DNA from: Vulcanimicrobiota bacterium
GTDB lineage: Bacteria; Vulcanimicrobiota; Xenobia; Xenobiales; JADMJV01
Length of the DNA: 64,000 bases
Assembly (NCBI GenBank): GCA_050250895.1
Contig: JBFWNU010000004.1
Span: 96,001 to 160,000 of the forward strand
Direction: 5' to 3'
How positions within the stretch are numbered: the first letter of the stretch is position 1; the number at the start of each line of letters is the position of its first letter. Made by a program: the position numbers and the translations under genes. Below the pieces are notes generated by a model. It was not told the DNA's origin. It saw nothing but the letters and a program-made list of their open reading frames with translations, and made no database searches. Below, one piece after another: positions 47,717 through 57,299 of the stretch.

Positions 47717-50159
47717 TCTTTTACTGGCGCTGCTGCTGACCGCCAACCCCGCCGTGGCCCAGGGCGAGCAGATGGTCAACCAGCTTCGCTACACCGAGGC
47801 TCTCGAGCTGCTGCTGCCGGCCCTGGCCCAAACCTCGGCCAGCCAACAACCCGGCGAATTTGCCCAGCTGGCCATTCTGGCGGCCCGAGCCCATCACGGT
47901 CTGGGCGAGTTCGAATCGGCCTTCACCCTGCGCAGCCAGGCCTATGACGCGGCCCGCCTGTCGCGAAGCGGTCCTCTGCTGGCGGTAGCAGCCCTCGACT
48001 ACGGACAGGCCCTGGCCTGGCGCAGCCGTTTGCGCCCGGCCCGCCAGCACTATCTCGAGGCCGAAAAGCTCTTTGCGGCGGCCAACAACAAGACGGGCCT
48101 GGCCCTGGTGGCGGTGGCCCAGGCCAACCTCGAACTCGATCTCGGCCGCCTCGACCTGGCCCGCGAGTATCTCGAGAAAGCTCGCCAGCTCGCCCCCCCT
48201 TCCCCCGCCAGCCAGGCGGCCGAGGCCCGTCTGGCCGTGGCCGGCGGCGACCCGCAGTCAGCCACCCGCATTCTTTCGCAACTCAAAGAGCCCATCGCCC
48301 GGGCCAACCTGGGAGCGGCCCTGGTCGAGGCCGGGCAGTACTCCCAGGCCCTTCCCGTGCTCACCGAAGTGGTCGAGAAAGCTCCCACCAGCACGGCCGG
48401 TCTGGTCGCTCGCCTGAGCCTTTCGCGCCTCTATCTGGCCCTGGGCGACTTCGAGCGCAGCCTGTCCGAGCTGCGCGAGGCCCTGCTCAGTAGCGAGGCC
48501 ATGCCGGCCAGCTGGGAGGGCTGGTTGCGCCTCAACCAGGCCCTGGGCCATGCCGCCCTGGGCGAGAACGACATCGCTCGCGAACTGCTCGGTCGGCCGG
48601 CCCCGCCCCTATTGAAGGCCCGCTACCAGCTGGAACTGGCCGCCCTCTCCCCCGACCCGGCCCCGCTGCTGGCCGGCGGTCGCAAAGCCCTGGTCGCCTA
48701 TCCCGACCCGGTCCTGTCGCTGTGGTATGACCTGGCCGAGGCCCAGGCTGCCCAGGACGCTACAGCCCTGGCGGCAGTCGCCAGCGCGGCCATCCGGGCC
48801 GACCAGCCCGAGGTGGTGTGGCGCGCCGAATTCTCGGCCGGCCAACTGGCCCGGGCCAAAGACCAGCCGGCCATGCCCCACTACCAGAAGGCCCTGCAGG
48901 TCATGGACGAGCTCTCGGGCCGGCTCAGTGACCACGATCTGCGCACCAGTTTTTCGCAGGAGAAGCATCGGGTCTACTTCGAGGCCATCGACTTGCTCCT
49001 CTCGCAAAGCCGGGTCGAGCAGGCCTACGAACTCAGCGAGCGCGGACGCGGCCGCCTGCTGGCCGAGCTGTGGCGCCGCGAACGCATGCTGCTACCCGCC
49101 TCGGAGGCCCCCCCCATCCCGGCCGGGACCGTGCTGTTGAGCTATCAGGTCGGGCGCGACCACTCCTACCTCTTTATCCGCACCGGCTCGACCTTGCGAG
49201 CGGTTCGCCTCGAGCCAGGCTCGGCTGAGTTGCTCGGGGCCATAGGCGACGGCAGCGCCCTGGGCCATCTGCGTCCGGCCACTCGAGTGGCCGGCTCGGA
49301 CCATCAGACCTTCCCCGACCAGTTGGCCGCCAACCTGTATCGTCAGCTGATCGAACCAGCCGCCCCCGAATTGGCTGCCGCCCGGCGACTGGTGATTTTG
49401 CCCGATGGCCCCCTCTATTACTTACCATTCGGCCTTTTGCGAGGTTCCAACGGTTTTCTCATCGAGCAACTGCCGCTGAGCCAATCGGTCTCGGCCGAGG
49501 CCCTGCAGGCGCCGAGCCGACACCCCAGTCAGGCTCTGGCCGCCTATGCCGCCCCCACCTGGTCGTCCACGGCGGCCCCGGCCACGCTGCGCTTCTCGCG
49601 CGATTCGCTAGCTCCCTTACCGGGCGCCAAGCAAGAAGCCGAGAACATCGGGGCACTCTATCCCGATTCGGCCCTGCGAGTGGGTAGCCAGTGCCTGGAA
49701 AGCCGCTTCAAGGCTGAAGCCGCCGCCTTTCGCGTGCTCCACTTTGCCACCCACGGCTTCGCCGACGAGGCCAGTCCACTGCGTTCGGGCCTGTTGATGG
49801 CTACCGAGCCGGGTCAGGACGGCGTGCTCGAGGCGCGTGAGGTCGCCGGCATGCGCCTCAATGCCGAGTTGGCCGTGCTCTCGGCCTGTGACACCGGGCT
49901 GGGCCGCGTGAGCGGCGGCGAGGGCATGGTGGGACTGACCTATTCCTTTCAGGCGGCCGGGGTGGCCAACGTGATCGCCTCTTTATGGCCGGTGCCGGAC
50001 GCCGAGACCCGCCAGCTCATGACCGACTTCCACGCCGCGCTCCGCCAGGGGGCCAATCCGGCCGTGGCCCTGCGTCAGGCCCAGCTGGCTCAGCTGGCCA
50101 AAGGCACCTCGCCCTACTCGTGGGGTGCGTTCGAGCTGGTGGGCGCGCTCGAGCGGTAA
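47703..50159 (+). CDS. Exported TPR-CHAT protease
   Basis: Signal-peptide-like start, TPRs, PDGPL..LPF, LHFATHG, VLSACDTG, SLWPV.D, PYSWGAF. Confidence 0.9.
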   Translation: MTLANLLLALLLTANPAVAQGEQMVNQLRYTEALELLLPALAQTSASQQPGEFAQLAILAARAHHGLGEFESAFTLRSQAYDAARLSRSGPLLAVAALDYGQALAWRSRLRPARQHYLEAEKLFAAANNKTGLALVAVAQANLELDLGRLDLAREYLEKARQLAPPSPASQAAEARLAVAGGDPQSATRILSQLKEPIARANLGAALVEAGQYSQALPVLTEVVEKAPTSTAGLVARLSLSRLYLALGDFERSLSELREALLSSEAMPASWEGWLRLNQALGHAALGENDIARELLGRPAPPLLKARYQLELAALSPDPAPLLAGGRKALVAYPDPVLSLWYDLAEAQAAQDATALAAVASAAIRADQPEVVWRAEFSAGQLARAKDQPAMPHYQKALQVMDELSGRLSDHDLRTSFSQEKHRVYFEAIDLLLSQSRVEQAYELSERGRGRLLAELWRRERMLLPASEAPPIPAGTVLLSYQVGRDHSYLFIRTGSTLRAVRLEPGSAELLGAIGDGSALGHLRPATRVAGSDHQTFPDQLAANLYRQLIEPAAPELAAARRLVILPDGPLYYLPFGLLRGSNGFLIEQLPLSQSVSAEALQAPSRHPSQALAAYAAPTWSSTAAPATLRFSRDSLAPLPGAKQEAENIGALYPDSALRVGSQCLESRFKAEAAAFRVLHFATHGFADEASPLRSGLLMATEPGQDGVLEAREVAGMRLNAELAVLSACDTGLGRVSGGEGMVGLTYSFQAAGVANVIASLWPVPDAETRQLMTDFHAALRQGANPAVALRQAQLAQLAKGTSPYSWGAFELVGALER

Positions 50160-50602
50160 AACTCGATCCTCAGCGACACTTCGCCCCGCGGCTCGATGTG
50201 ATGCACCACCTCGGGTTGAACCCAGTGGGATTGGCCGGCCTCGAGGGTCGCCACCAAACCTGTCTCGTCCTGGTAGTGCAGCCGACCTTCGAGCAACTGC
50301 AGATGGCCCCAGTGCCCGGGCTTGAGGCGGTGGTCGCGCAATAGACCGGCCGGTAGCGTGGCGGTCGTGAAGTCGGGGGTGCGGCGCACGAATTCGAGTT
50401 CCTCCGGAGGCTCGCGGCGACTACAGGCCAGGCACTCCATGACGGTCCCCAGCTTCTCGGCCCGGCCTTCGGCGGTGGTCACCCAGGGCCGGGTCTCGCG
50501 GGGTGGCTCGTGGCGAAAGTGGCGACGATGACCGCAGTCGAAGTGGCCCCGCCAATCGCCAACCTCGTCCTGGCTAAAGGCGATGAGTTTGCGAAGTATC
50601 AA
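50114..50602 (-). CDS. DUF3565 + DUF1971 (TehB/YeaR-like cupin) fusion
   Basis: QD..GDW...CGH..H.RH.PP...RPWV...C..C followed by TP.F....P.GL...H...G.WG.L...GRL.Y. Start uncertain (TTG). Confidence 0.75.
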   Translation of the reverse strand: MILRKLIAFSQDEVGDWRGHFDCGHRRHFRHEPPRETRPWVTTAEGRAEKLGTVMECLACSRREPPEELEFVRRTPDFTTATLPAGLLRDHRLKPGHWGHLQLLEGRLHYQDETGLVATLEAGQSHWVQPEVVHHIEPRGEVSLRIEFYRSSAPTSSNAPHE

Positions 50603-50960
50603 GTCCAAATACCAAGGCCAGAGCCCGGTCGATTCGAGCCAGGACCAGGGAGTCAATCTGACCACGGACCCCGACAACTCGAATCCGCCGATCCACGGGC
50701 CTGGTCTGCAAGCAATCCGCGACAGACTTCTTCGCCAGGCCGTTCTCAGGATTCGCCTCCACCACGACGTTGGTAAGGATCCGTCCCTTCTTCTCGCTCC
50801 AGGCAGTGAGAGGAACCACCTGCACAACTGGCACCCGGGCATTGTAGATATCGTTGGTCACCACGACGGCCGGGCGCCGCTTGCCAGTCTCGGAGCCTTT
50901 GACCGGCTCAAGGTCGACCAGGACCACCGTCCCTCGAGTGAGCGCGATCAATCGGGCCAA
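50574..50960 (-). CDS. mazF: PemK/MazF-family toxin
   Basis: RG.VVLVDLEPVKGSE.GKRRPAVVV, NGL.K.S.ADC.Q. Confidence 0.93.
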   Translation of the reverse strand: MARLIALTRGTVVLVDLEPVKGSETGKRRPAVVVTNDIYNARVPVVQVVPLTAWSEKKGRILTNVVVEANPENGLAKKSVADCLQTRPVDRRIRVVGVRGQIDSLVLARIDRALALVFGLDTSQTHRL

Positions 50961-51181
50961 TGGTCTGTGGCCTCGGCCACCCAGGCCTGCCCTTCGCTGT
51001 CGCGGTCATAGAGTTCGGCATAGAGGTCACCGGATCGTTCCAACCGCTCCCTCAAGGCCTCGCGTCGGAAGCGCTCAAGTGCCTCGCGCAGCAAAGCACT
51101 GCGGTCCTTGTAACCCATGGACTCGTGTTCATCGAGAAACGCAACCTGTTCATCGGTGAGACTGAATTTAACCTGACGCAT
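50948..51181 (-). CDS. RHH/CopG-type antitoxin
   Basis: MRQVKFSL...DRSALLREAL. Overlaps the toxin start. GAGGGG RBS. Confidence 0.85.
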   Translation of the reverse strand: MRQVKFSLTDEQVAFLDEHESMGYKDRSALLREALERFRREALRERLERSGDLYAELYDRDSEGQAWVAEATDHWPD

Positions 51182-51226
51182 AGCCCCTCTTTCTGGACCC
51201 TATTCTACGGCCCAACCGAGAGGTCG

Positions 51227-51523
51227 TCAACTTCCATAGCCAAGGTGCTTGACCAGCTGGTCGTGGCTGTCGAACCAGACCGACTCACTGACTTTTTCGG
51301 AGTCACCGAGATAATAGCGGCGCGTCGGACTGGAGAAATCACGGTCGTAGCGGTCCAGGCAAATGACTCGTCCGGCCGCATCGAGCTGGTGGTCCTGGCG
51401 TTCGTGCCGCTAGCTATCCGCAGCTCGCAGGCCCCCGTGGTCGAGGTCTTGACTACCGACAGGATGCCGAATTTCCATCTGCAGCCCAAAGCTGCCGGGG
51501 GTGGCCAGGCCACAGGCCCCCAT
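51227..51523 (-). pseudogene. Small ORF with internal TAG at 51410-51412
   Basis: GGGGAG RBS + ATG. 98 codons with a single in-frame amber. No family recognised. Confidence 0.3.
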
Positions 51524-51548
51524 GGCTCCCCAGGTGCTCGCTTGAAGC

Positions 51549-53147
51549 CTAGCACGGAGCTGATGGGTCCGACTTGACGGGTGTCAAGAAGCAGTTGTCG
51601 AGATAGCCATACAGCCGATCCAGGCGCTTACCGCTGACTTTGGCGCCGATATACCCGTCAGGGCGCACCAGCACCAGGGTCGGAGGCGTAGCCTGATAGG
51701 TGACGGCCAGGGGCTGATCACCCCATACACGGTGTACTTCCAGTAGGGCCTCGAATCGCTGTTCCAGCTGAGAAACCAGAGCCAGGGTGGCGGTGTCATC
51801 CTGGCTGACAAAGACCAGCAAGTGGTGCAAGGGCCCACGAAACAGCTCGAACAATCGACGTGGCTGGCCGTCCGGGTTCGGCAGAATGCCGTCGGGAGCC
51901 CGATCGCCCGCCTGGAGTTCGCGGTCGTTGCGAGGCGCGTCTGGTCGCGCAATGATGGGGCTGTGGCGGTAGTTGATGCAGACCTGGCTCCAGCGGGCCA
52001 TCAGCAGGCGATTGCGCAGCGAATAGAAGCGCCGTTCGCCGAGCTCGAATCGGCTGGGGCTATGCCGGCCCTCCAGGTTAGCCGCCTCGTGGGTGGTAGA
52101 GAGCACCCATTGACCCACCGGCCTTCGCTCGGCATCATAGCTGTCCAACAGAGCTTCAGGACATTCTCCCGCCAGTACCAGAGCCAGCTTCCAGCCCAGG
52201 TTATAGGCATCTTGCAGACCGGTGTTCATCCCCTGCCCACCGGTGGGAGGATGCACGTGGGCCGCATCGCCCGCCAGGAAGGCCCGGCCCTTTCGATAGT
52301 TCGAGGCCAGATGCAGGCCGACCCGGTAGCGCATCAACGAGCTGGGATGGCTCAGCCCGACCGGCCCGGGAGCCAACCGTTCGACCTTCTTGGCCAGCTG
52401 CTCGAGAGTCGGTGCCGCGCCGACCGTGCCGTGATTGACCTCTTCTCCCGACCACTGGCCGGCCTCTTCCCAGGCGGCGAAGCGGTAGCGTCCGGCCCCC
52501 ATGGGCACCGCCACCACCGTCTCGCCCTCACCCAGAAAGCGATGCAGCTCCTCCTGCAGCGGCCAGTCGACCTTCACCTCGCCCAGTGTGTAAGCTCGCG
52601 GATAGGTCGAGCCTTCGAAGGCAATTCCCAGTTGCTTGCGAACCCGGCTGCGGGCTCCGTCGCAACCCACCAGATAGCGGCAACGCACGCGCTCTTCGCC
52701 GTCGGGCCCCTGCAGCCAGGCGGTCACGCCCTCATCATCTTGTTCGAGGCTCTTGAAGTCGACCTTGCGCTCGATGGTCACTCCCTGCTCATGCAAGAAA
52801 CCGGTGAGTAGTTCTTCGACTTTGAACTGCTCGAGGGCCAGCACCATCGGGTAAGGCTCGTCGGGGCAGGCGCCTTCCCCCAATTCGGCCCGTCGCAGTA
52901 GCTCACCATTGCGATAGACGTTGGTGGCCGTGATGCGAAAACCGGCCTGCACGGCTGGCTCGGCCAGGGCGAAATCCTCCAGCACCTCCAAGGTGCGCGA
53001 GTGCAGCGTCAGCGCGCGACTCTGGCGCGAGGGCGAGCTGGCTTTGTCGATGATGCGAAAGGAGACACCCCGGCGGGCCAATTCGCATCCCAGCAACAGT
53101 CCGGTGGGCCCAGCCCCCACCAACAAGACTTCGGTAGAAATGGCCAT
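51549..53147 (-). CDS. FAD-dependent monooxygenase (PheA/TfdB-like)
   Basis: VGAGPTG, GCDGARS, AGDAAH.H.P.GGQGMN.G.QDA, LVRPDGY. Confidence 0.95.
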   Translation of the reverse strand: MAISTEVLLVGAGPTGLLLGCELARRGVSFRIIDKASSPSRQSRALTLHSRTLEVLEDFALAEPAVQAGFRITATNVYRNGELLRRAELGEGACPDEPYPMVLALEQFKVEELLTGFLHEQGVTIERKVDFKSLEQDDEGVTAWLQGPDGEERVRCRYLVGCDGARSRVRKQLGIAFEGSTYPRAYTLGEVKVDWPLQEELHRFLGEGETVVAVPMGAGRYRFAAWEEAGQWSGEEVNHGTVGAAPTLEQLAKKVERLAPGPVGLSHPSSLMRYRVGLHLASNYRKGRAFLAGDAAHVHPPTGGQGMNTGLQDAYNLGWKLALVLAGECPEALLDSYDAERRPVGQWVLSTTHEAANLEGRHSPSRFELGERRFYSLRNRLLMARWSQVCINYRHSPIIARPDAPRNDRELQAGDRAPDGILPNPDGQPRRLFELFRGPLHHLLVFVSQDDTATLALVSQLEQRFEALLEVHRVWGDQPLAVTYQATPPTLVLVRPDGYIGAKVSGKRLDRLYGYLDNCFLTPVKSDPSAPC

Positions 53148-53199
53148 GCAACCATCTTAGGCTAGCCTCGTGGTGGTCTGTATGATTCAAATCATTTCG

Positions 53200-55512
53200 C
53201 TACTCGAAGTCGTAAGACCAGGTGTAACTGGTGGTCAGGGTGGGAGCCGCCGGGTCGTTAGTGGCCGTGGCCAGACCGCTCTTATAGGACTCGCGAAACT
53301 CGAACGCCTCTCGGGCCGGGTCCCAATAACCGGCCACGCCGCTCTTGTAAGACTCTTCCCACTTCTCTTCCCCGGAATATGGATTGGCGGCCCCGGCCAG
53401 ACCGCTCTTGTAGGATTCTTTGAAGGTGACCCCTCCGGTCACCGGATTGCGCAAGCCGGCCAGGCCCGATTTATAGCTAGTGCGGGTCTCGAAGCTGGCC
53501 GTCTCGGGATGATAGACCATGCCCACCCCGTCCTTGTAGGAACTCTCGAACTTCGTCTCGCCCCTGGTGGGGTCGTAGCCGCCGGCCACGCCGTCCTTGT
53601 AGCCTTCGTGCGAGTCGAACTGCCCACTGGCCGGATTGTAGACGATGGCCAGTCCGCTCTTGTAGGACTCGTTCCAGCGAGTCTCGACCAGTTGCTGGCG
53701 CTCGGTCGCAGTATACTCGAAATCTGGCTTGAGTTCGGTGGTCTCAGCGGTGGAGCGCCGGGTCTCGGGAGCAAGCACCAACTCGGTGGCTCGCGGAGCC
53801 TCTTGGATGGCGATCTCCTGACCCCCAACCTCGATATAGCTCTGATTGACCTCCATCTCGAGCCCGGACGCATCCACCCGTGTCTGAAAGGGCAGCGAGG
53901 TCAAGATTCGCTCGAGGTCGGCCAGACTGGCTCCAGAGTCCGCCAGCTTGGCCTGCACCAGCGGGTCGGGGCTGGTGGCCAGACCCTTTTTCACCAGACC
54001 CTCGACAGGCTGGCGCCAGGCCGGGATCATCCACTGGGCCTGGGCCAACTCGCGCCCAAAGGTGACCAACTCTCCCTCATTGGCGGGCAAGCCCCGCGCC
54101 AACAATCGCAGCCCGTGATGGGCGGCGCTGGTGCGCAACCAGAGCTGATTCTCGGGAGCCTCGAGGTGGCAAAGCTGCCACACCAACTCGGCCGCTTGCT
54201 TACCCCAGCCATCGGGCAGGTCGTGGTGCAGCTGAGCCAACCCCTGCTGCAAGATGGTGAACTTCTCGCTGATGGCCGGTGTGGCGTCGCAGCTACGACA
54301 GGCGAGTAGCGCCATCTGCCGGGCCTCGTCAACGGGATTTTCTTCGACCAGGATGCGGGCCCCGCGGGCCTGGGCAAGCGATCGACCCTGGTCGCCCTCG
54401 AACGGCAACTGCCCCAGGCCTACCAGAAAGCTTTTTAGCCGGCTATCAGGGCAGGTGCTCAGCAGGCTCTGAGCCACTCCCAGCAGGGCCGGACCCGGCG
54501 CCGCAGCCGCAATCAAGGCTCGCTCGAGACCGTCTCGTCCTTTACCCAACAGATGCTCGACCCCGGCCTTTTGCAGCGGCGGGCTCAGACTCTGCAAGCG
54601 ATCGAAGGCCTCGACCCAATCGGTTCGCTGCCCCTCCACGGCCACCTGGCGCACCGTCCCCAGCAGTTCGGGATGCTGCTCGAGATGCCCACTCACCGCC
54701 GCCAGGGCCGTCTCGACCCCGAACGCCTCCCCGGCGTAGATCTTTTCCAACACCTCGACCGAGGCCGGCCGCGCCCCCTGCCAAAAGCTCTGCCAGGCGC
54801 CCTGGCTAGCGCCCAGGGCCCACTCGGCCACCTTCTCGCGCTGGTCGCTCGACTGACGCGAGGCGAAGAACTCGCGAGCAAACCCCAACGGCTCGTAAGG
54901 CTTCTCCTGACCCAACTGGTGCACCAGGTGAGCGTCCAGGTCGTCCTGCCACTGGGCATCGGCCAGCTGGTCGTAGGCCTCGAAAGCCTGATTTGGCTCG
55001 AGCTGTCTCAACCGGTCAATGGTCTGGTCGCCCCGGTATTGCTCGGCTACCCTGGCCGCCCTGGTCAGAGTCCAGCTTTGTTCCGAAGCCAGCTCGGTCA
55101 AAGCCTGCTCGGCGGGCAGGCCTTTCAGGCTGCCCAGAAAGTCGCTCTCCCAGCCGGGCTGTAGCTGCCGATTGGCCTCGACCAGAGCTGGGCCGGTCGC
55201 CTCGGCCGCCTGGCTCAGTCGCAAGGCATAGCCCGCCAGACCGCAGACCCCATCGCCCAGCCCCGCCTCGAGGGCCTCGAAGCTGGCTCTGAGCACCTCG
55301 AGCCGATGGGTCGGGTCGGCCTCGTTTCCGGTGCGCGTCTGGGCCACCGCCCGAGCCACCTGCTGGTTGGACTCTTGCCCGGCGGCCCGCTCGATCCGGT
55401 CGAGCGCCTCGAGACTCTCGCGCGTATGGATCTCGCGAGCCTTCCAGAACTTCCAGACAAAGCGCCGGCTAACCTGATTGGCCCTGGCGATTTCCGCGCG
55501 TAACTCACCCAT
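53200..55512 (-). CDS. Orphan helical protein with C-terminal 21-aa repeats
   Basis: 770-aa ORF. Internal IEVGGQEIAI motif, then (E/S/T)SYK(S/D)G(L/V)A...P repeats. Confidence 0.78.
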   Translation of the reverse strand: MGELRAEIARANQVSRRFVWKFWKAREIHTRESLEALDRIERAAGQESNQQVARAVAQTRTGNEADPTHRLEVLRASFEALEAGLGDGVCGLAGYALRLSQAAEATGPALVEANRQLQPGWESDFLGSLKGLPAEQALTELASEQSWTLTRAARVAEQYRGDQTIDRLRQLEPNQAFEAYDQLADAQWQDDLDAHLVHQLGQEKPYEPLGFAREFFASRQSSDQREKVAEWALGASQGAWQSFWQGARPASVEVLEKIYAGEAFGVETALAAVSGHLEQHPELLGTVRQVAVEGQRTDWVEAFDRLQSLSPPLQKAGVEHLLGKGRDGLERALIAAAAPGPALLGVAQSLLSTCPDSRLKSFLVGLGQLPFEGDQGRSLAQARGARILVEENPVDEARQMALLACRSCDATPAISEKFTILQQGLAQLHHDLPDGWGKQAAELVWQLCHLEAPENQLWLRTSAAHHGLRLLARGLPANEGELVTFGRELAQAQWMIPAWRQPVEGLVKKGLATSPDPLVQAKLADSGASLADLERILTSLPFQTRVDASGLEMEVNQSYIEVGGQEIAIQEAPRATELVLAPETRRSTAETTELKPDFEYTATERQQLVETRWNESYKSGLAIVYNPASGQFDSHEGYKDGVAGGYDPTRGETKFESSYKDGVGMVYHPETASFETRTSYKSGLAGLRNPVTGGVTFKESYKSGLAGAANPYSGEEKWEESYKSGVAGYWDPAREAFEFRESYKSGLATATNDPAAPTLTTSYTWSYDFE
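53260..53680 (-). repeat. Coding tandem repeat, 63-nt/21-aa period, 6 full + 1 partial
   Basis: Examples: WNESYKSGLAIVYNPASGQFD and WEESYKSGVAGYWDPAREAFE. Confidence 0.88.
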
Positions 55513-55518
55513 CCTAAG

Positions 55519-55550
55519 AGCCTAGGGGAGCACCCTGAAACTATCCTGAC
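55519..55550 (-). promoter_or_regulatory. Direct-repeat box + -10, leaderless
   Basis: GTCAG-N6-TTCAG-N10-TAGGCT-N6-ATG. Confidence 0.7.
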
Positions 55551-55602
55551 TTCCAGCTGGAAGTCGGCAGGTCGCGCCACCGCCTTCGGCCAAGCTGACG
55601 GG

Positions 55603-56187
55603 ATGCGATTGCTGGCCGTCTTCATCGCACTGTCCGCCATCGGCCTGGCCCAGCCGACCATCGATCTTTCGGGCGACGATTGGGTGAAGCAGCTAGAGGG
55701 CCTCTACGGGGTCACAGTGACTCCGGCCCTGAGGTCGCACCTCGAGAACGCCCTCATGGAATCCGTCGGGACAGAAGTCAGAAATCGCTACTCAACAGCC
55801 CGGAGCCTGCTCGGCATAGACTGGCCTGCCACCGCCTCACGGGACCTCGCCCTGGGCATTTCACTCAACAGTAACGGGTTGAGCGCCGAGGCGCTGCCCT
55901 ATCTCCGCCGTGCGAGTCGCGACCCCTGGACTCCCCCCCACTACCAACAGTGGGTCAGGAGTGAGTGGGCCGATTGCGAGTTGGCGGTGGGTGACCGCGA
56001 AGTCGGCCGGCTCGAGTTGCAGCGCCTCTACTACGAAGACCCCGTCGACCAGACGATCTGGGGGCTCATTGGCAAGTGGTTCCCCGAGGAGCCGTTGGGC
56101 TCCTGGCCCTATCGCCCGGACTATCAACCCCGCGGCTATCCGGCCTCGGACTTTGTACCGATGTTCGAGATGCAAAGGATGAAGTGA
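55603..56187 (+). CDS. Exported hypothetical protein with TPR-like helices
   Basis: Signal peptide MRLLAVFIALSAIGLA-Q. Confidence 0.65.
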   Translation: MRLLAVFIALSAIGLAQPTIDLSGDDWVKQLEGLYGVTVTPALRSHLENALMESVGTEVRNRYSTARSLLGIDWPATASRDLALGISLNSNGLSAEALPYLRRASRDPWTPPHYQQWVRSEWADCELAVGDREVGRLELQRLYYEDPVDQTIWGLIGKWFPEEPLGSWPYRPDYQPRGYPASDFVPMFEMQRMK

Positions 56188-56196
56188 GACCGCTAG

Positions 56197-56812
56197 CTAA
56201 TCTTGGACGGCCACTTCGATCGACCCGATGATGAGCGAATCGTCGAGTTGCTCGAGCCCGGGCACCACCGAAGTAGAGTTGACCCGAAGCTCGGGGCGAG
56301 TGCGGAAATCTTTGGCACGCACCCCCAGCACCGTCACCTGGCCCGCCTCGATGAGAGCGGGTTGACCGTCGCGGTCGGTCCAGAACACCCGGCTGTAGTC
56401 GGTGCCCTCGAAGTCGAGTTGACCTCGAACCTGGCCGGAAGCCGCGTCCAGGCTGAACAGGTGGGTGCCGGTCTTGACGAAGAAGCGCTGTTGCTGCGGG
56501 CTGTGGCAGAACTCGCCCACGCGCTCGTCAGGCTGAAAGTCGAGCTTCACCTGGCCGGTCGTGTCGAGCACGACCAGCCGCCGGCCGTCCCTGGCTGGTG
56601 AAGGCCATCTGTCGCTGGCCGTCGGCACTAACCAGGTGCAGCGTGCCCTCGGGATCGTCGATAGACAGCTTGGTGGTGCGGATGAACTCCTGGTTGGATT
56701 GGCGCTCGAACAGTTCGGTGGCTGCATAGGTGTCGGCTCCCGGTGGCTGCGGTTTGGGGGCGGCCGACCTCGGGCGCGCGGCCATAGGTTGATTAGCCCC
56801 TGAGATGACCAT
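56197..56812 (-). pseudogene. Orphan beta-rich protein with +1 frameshift near 56590 (or sequencing error); C-terminal IIGSIEVAV motif
   Basis: Removing one G from a GGG run joins ...MAFTSQ to DGRRLVVL...LDDSLIIGSIEVAVQD*. Confidence 0.65.
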
Positions 56813-56818
56813 ACGACC

Positions 56819-56850
56819 AGCCTAAGCCAGCGGGCCTAAGGAATGCTGGA
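56819..56850 (-). promoter_or_regulatory. Direct-repeat box + -10, leaderless
   Basis: TCCAG-N6-TTAGG-N10-TAGGCT-N6-ATG. Confidence 0.7.
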
Positions 56851-56882
56851 AATAGCCGAGCTTCGATGGCGACTCCACAGAA

Positions 56883-57299
56883 ATGCGCCGTCGCTTGCTG
56901 GAGTTGATGTTCTTGGTGGTGGGAGTGGCTCTGGGAGCAAGCTTCGCCCAGCCCCAGCCTCCTCCCCCGCCGCCCCCGCCGGCCGTCCAAGGCTTGCCCT
57001 ACGAGGTCTTCAAGCAAGCGATCAGTCCGCACCCCGAGCTGCGCGGAGCCCGCCTCGCCAATCGCATGAGCGAGGCCCAACATCGGGCCTGGATGGCCGG
57101 TGACTTTGTCGTCCCCGACGAGATGGAAGACGGCCACGGAGTCGATGTGATTGGCGACGGCAGTTATCGGATCTGGCTACTGAAAGTGGAAAGCCGCTAC
57201 TGGGTGCTCGACGGGCGCCATCCCTACGAAATTCCTGAAGACCCCCACGCCCGCGGATGGAACTACTATATGTATGCGATTCTGGTGGGCAAGTGCTAG
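56883..57299 (+). CDS. Exported hypothetical protein
   Basis: Signal peptide ending SFA and a poly-Pro linker. Confidence 0.65.
   Translation: MRRRLLELMFLVVGVALGASFAQPQPPPPPPPPAVQGLPYEVFKQAISPHPELRGARLANRMSEAQHRAWMAGDFVVPDEMEDGHGVDVIGDGSYRIWLLKVESRYWVLDGRHPYEIPEDPHARGWNYYMYAILVGKC

Noticed and set aside
51410-51412. In-frame TAG as pyrrolysine or recoding
   Set aside because: TAG is a normal stop in many genes here, and no Pyl context or recognisable family is present.
53260-53680. 63-bp periodic repeats as a CRISPR array
   Set aside because: Repeats vary synonymously, keep frame inside a CDS, and no cas genes are present.
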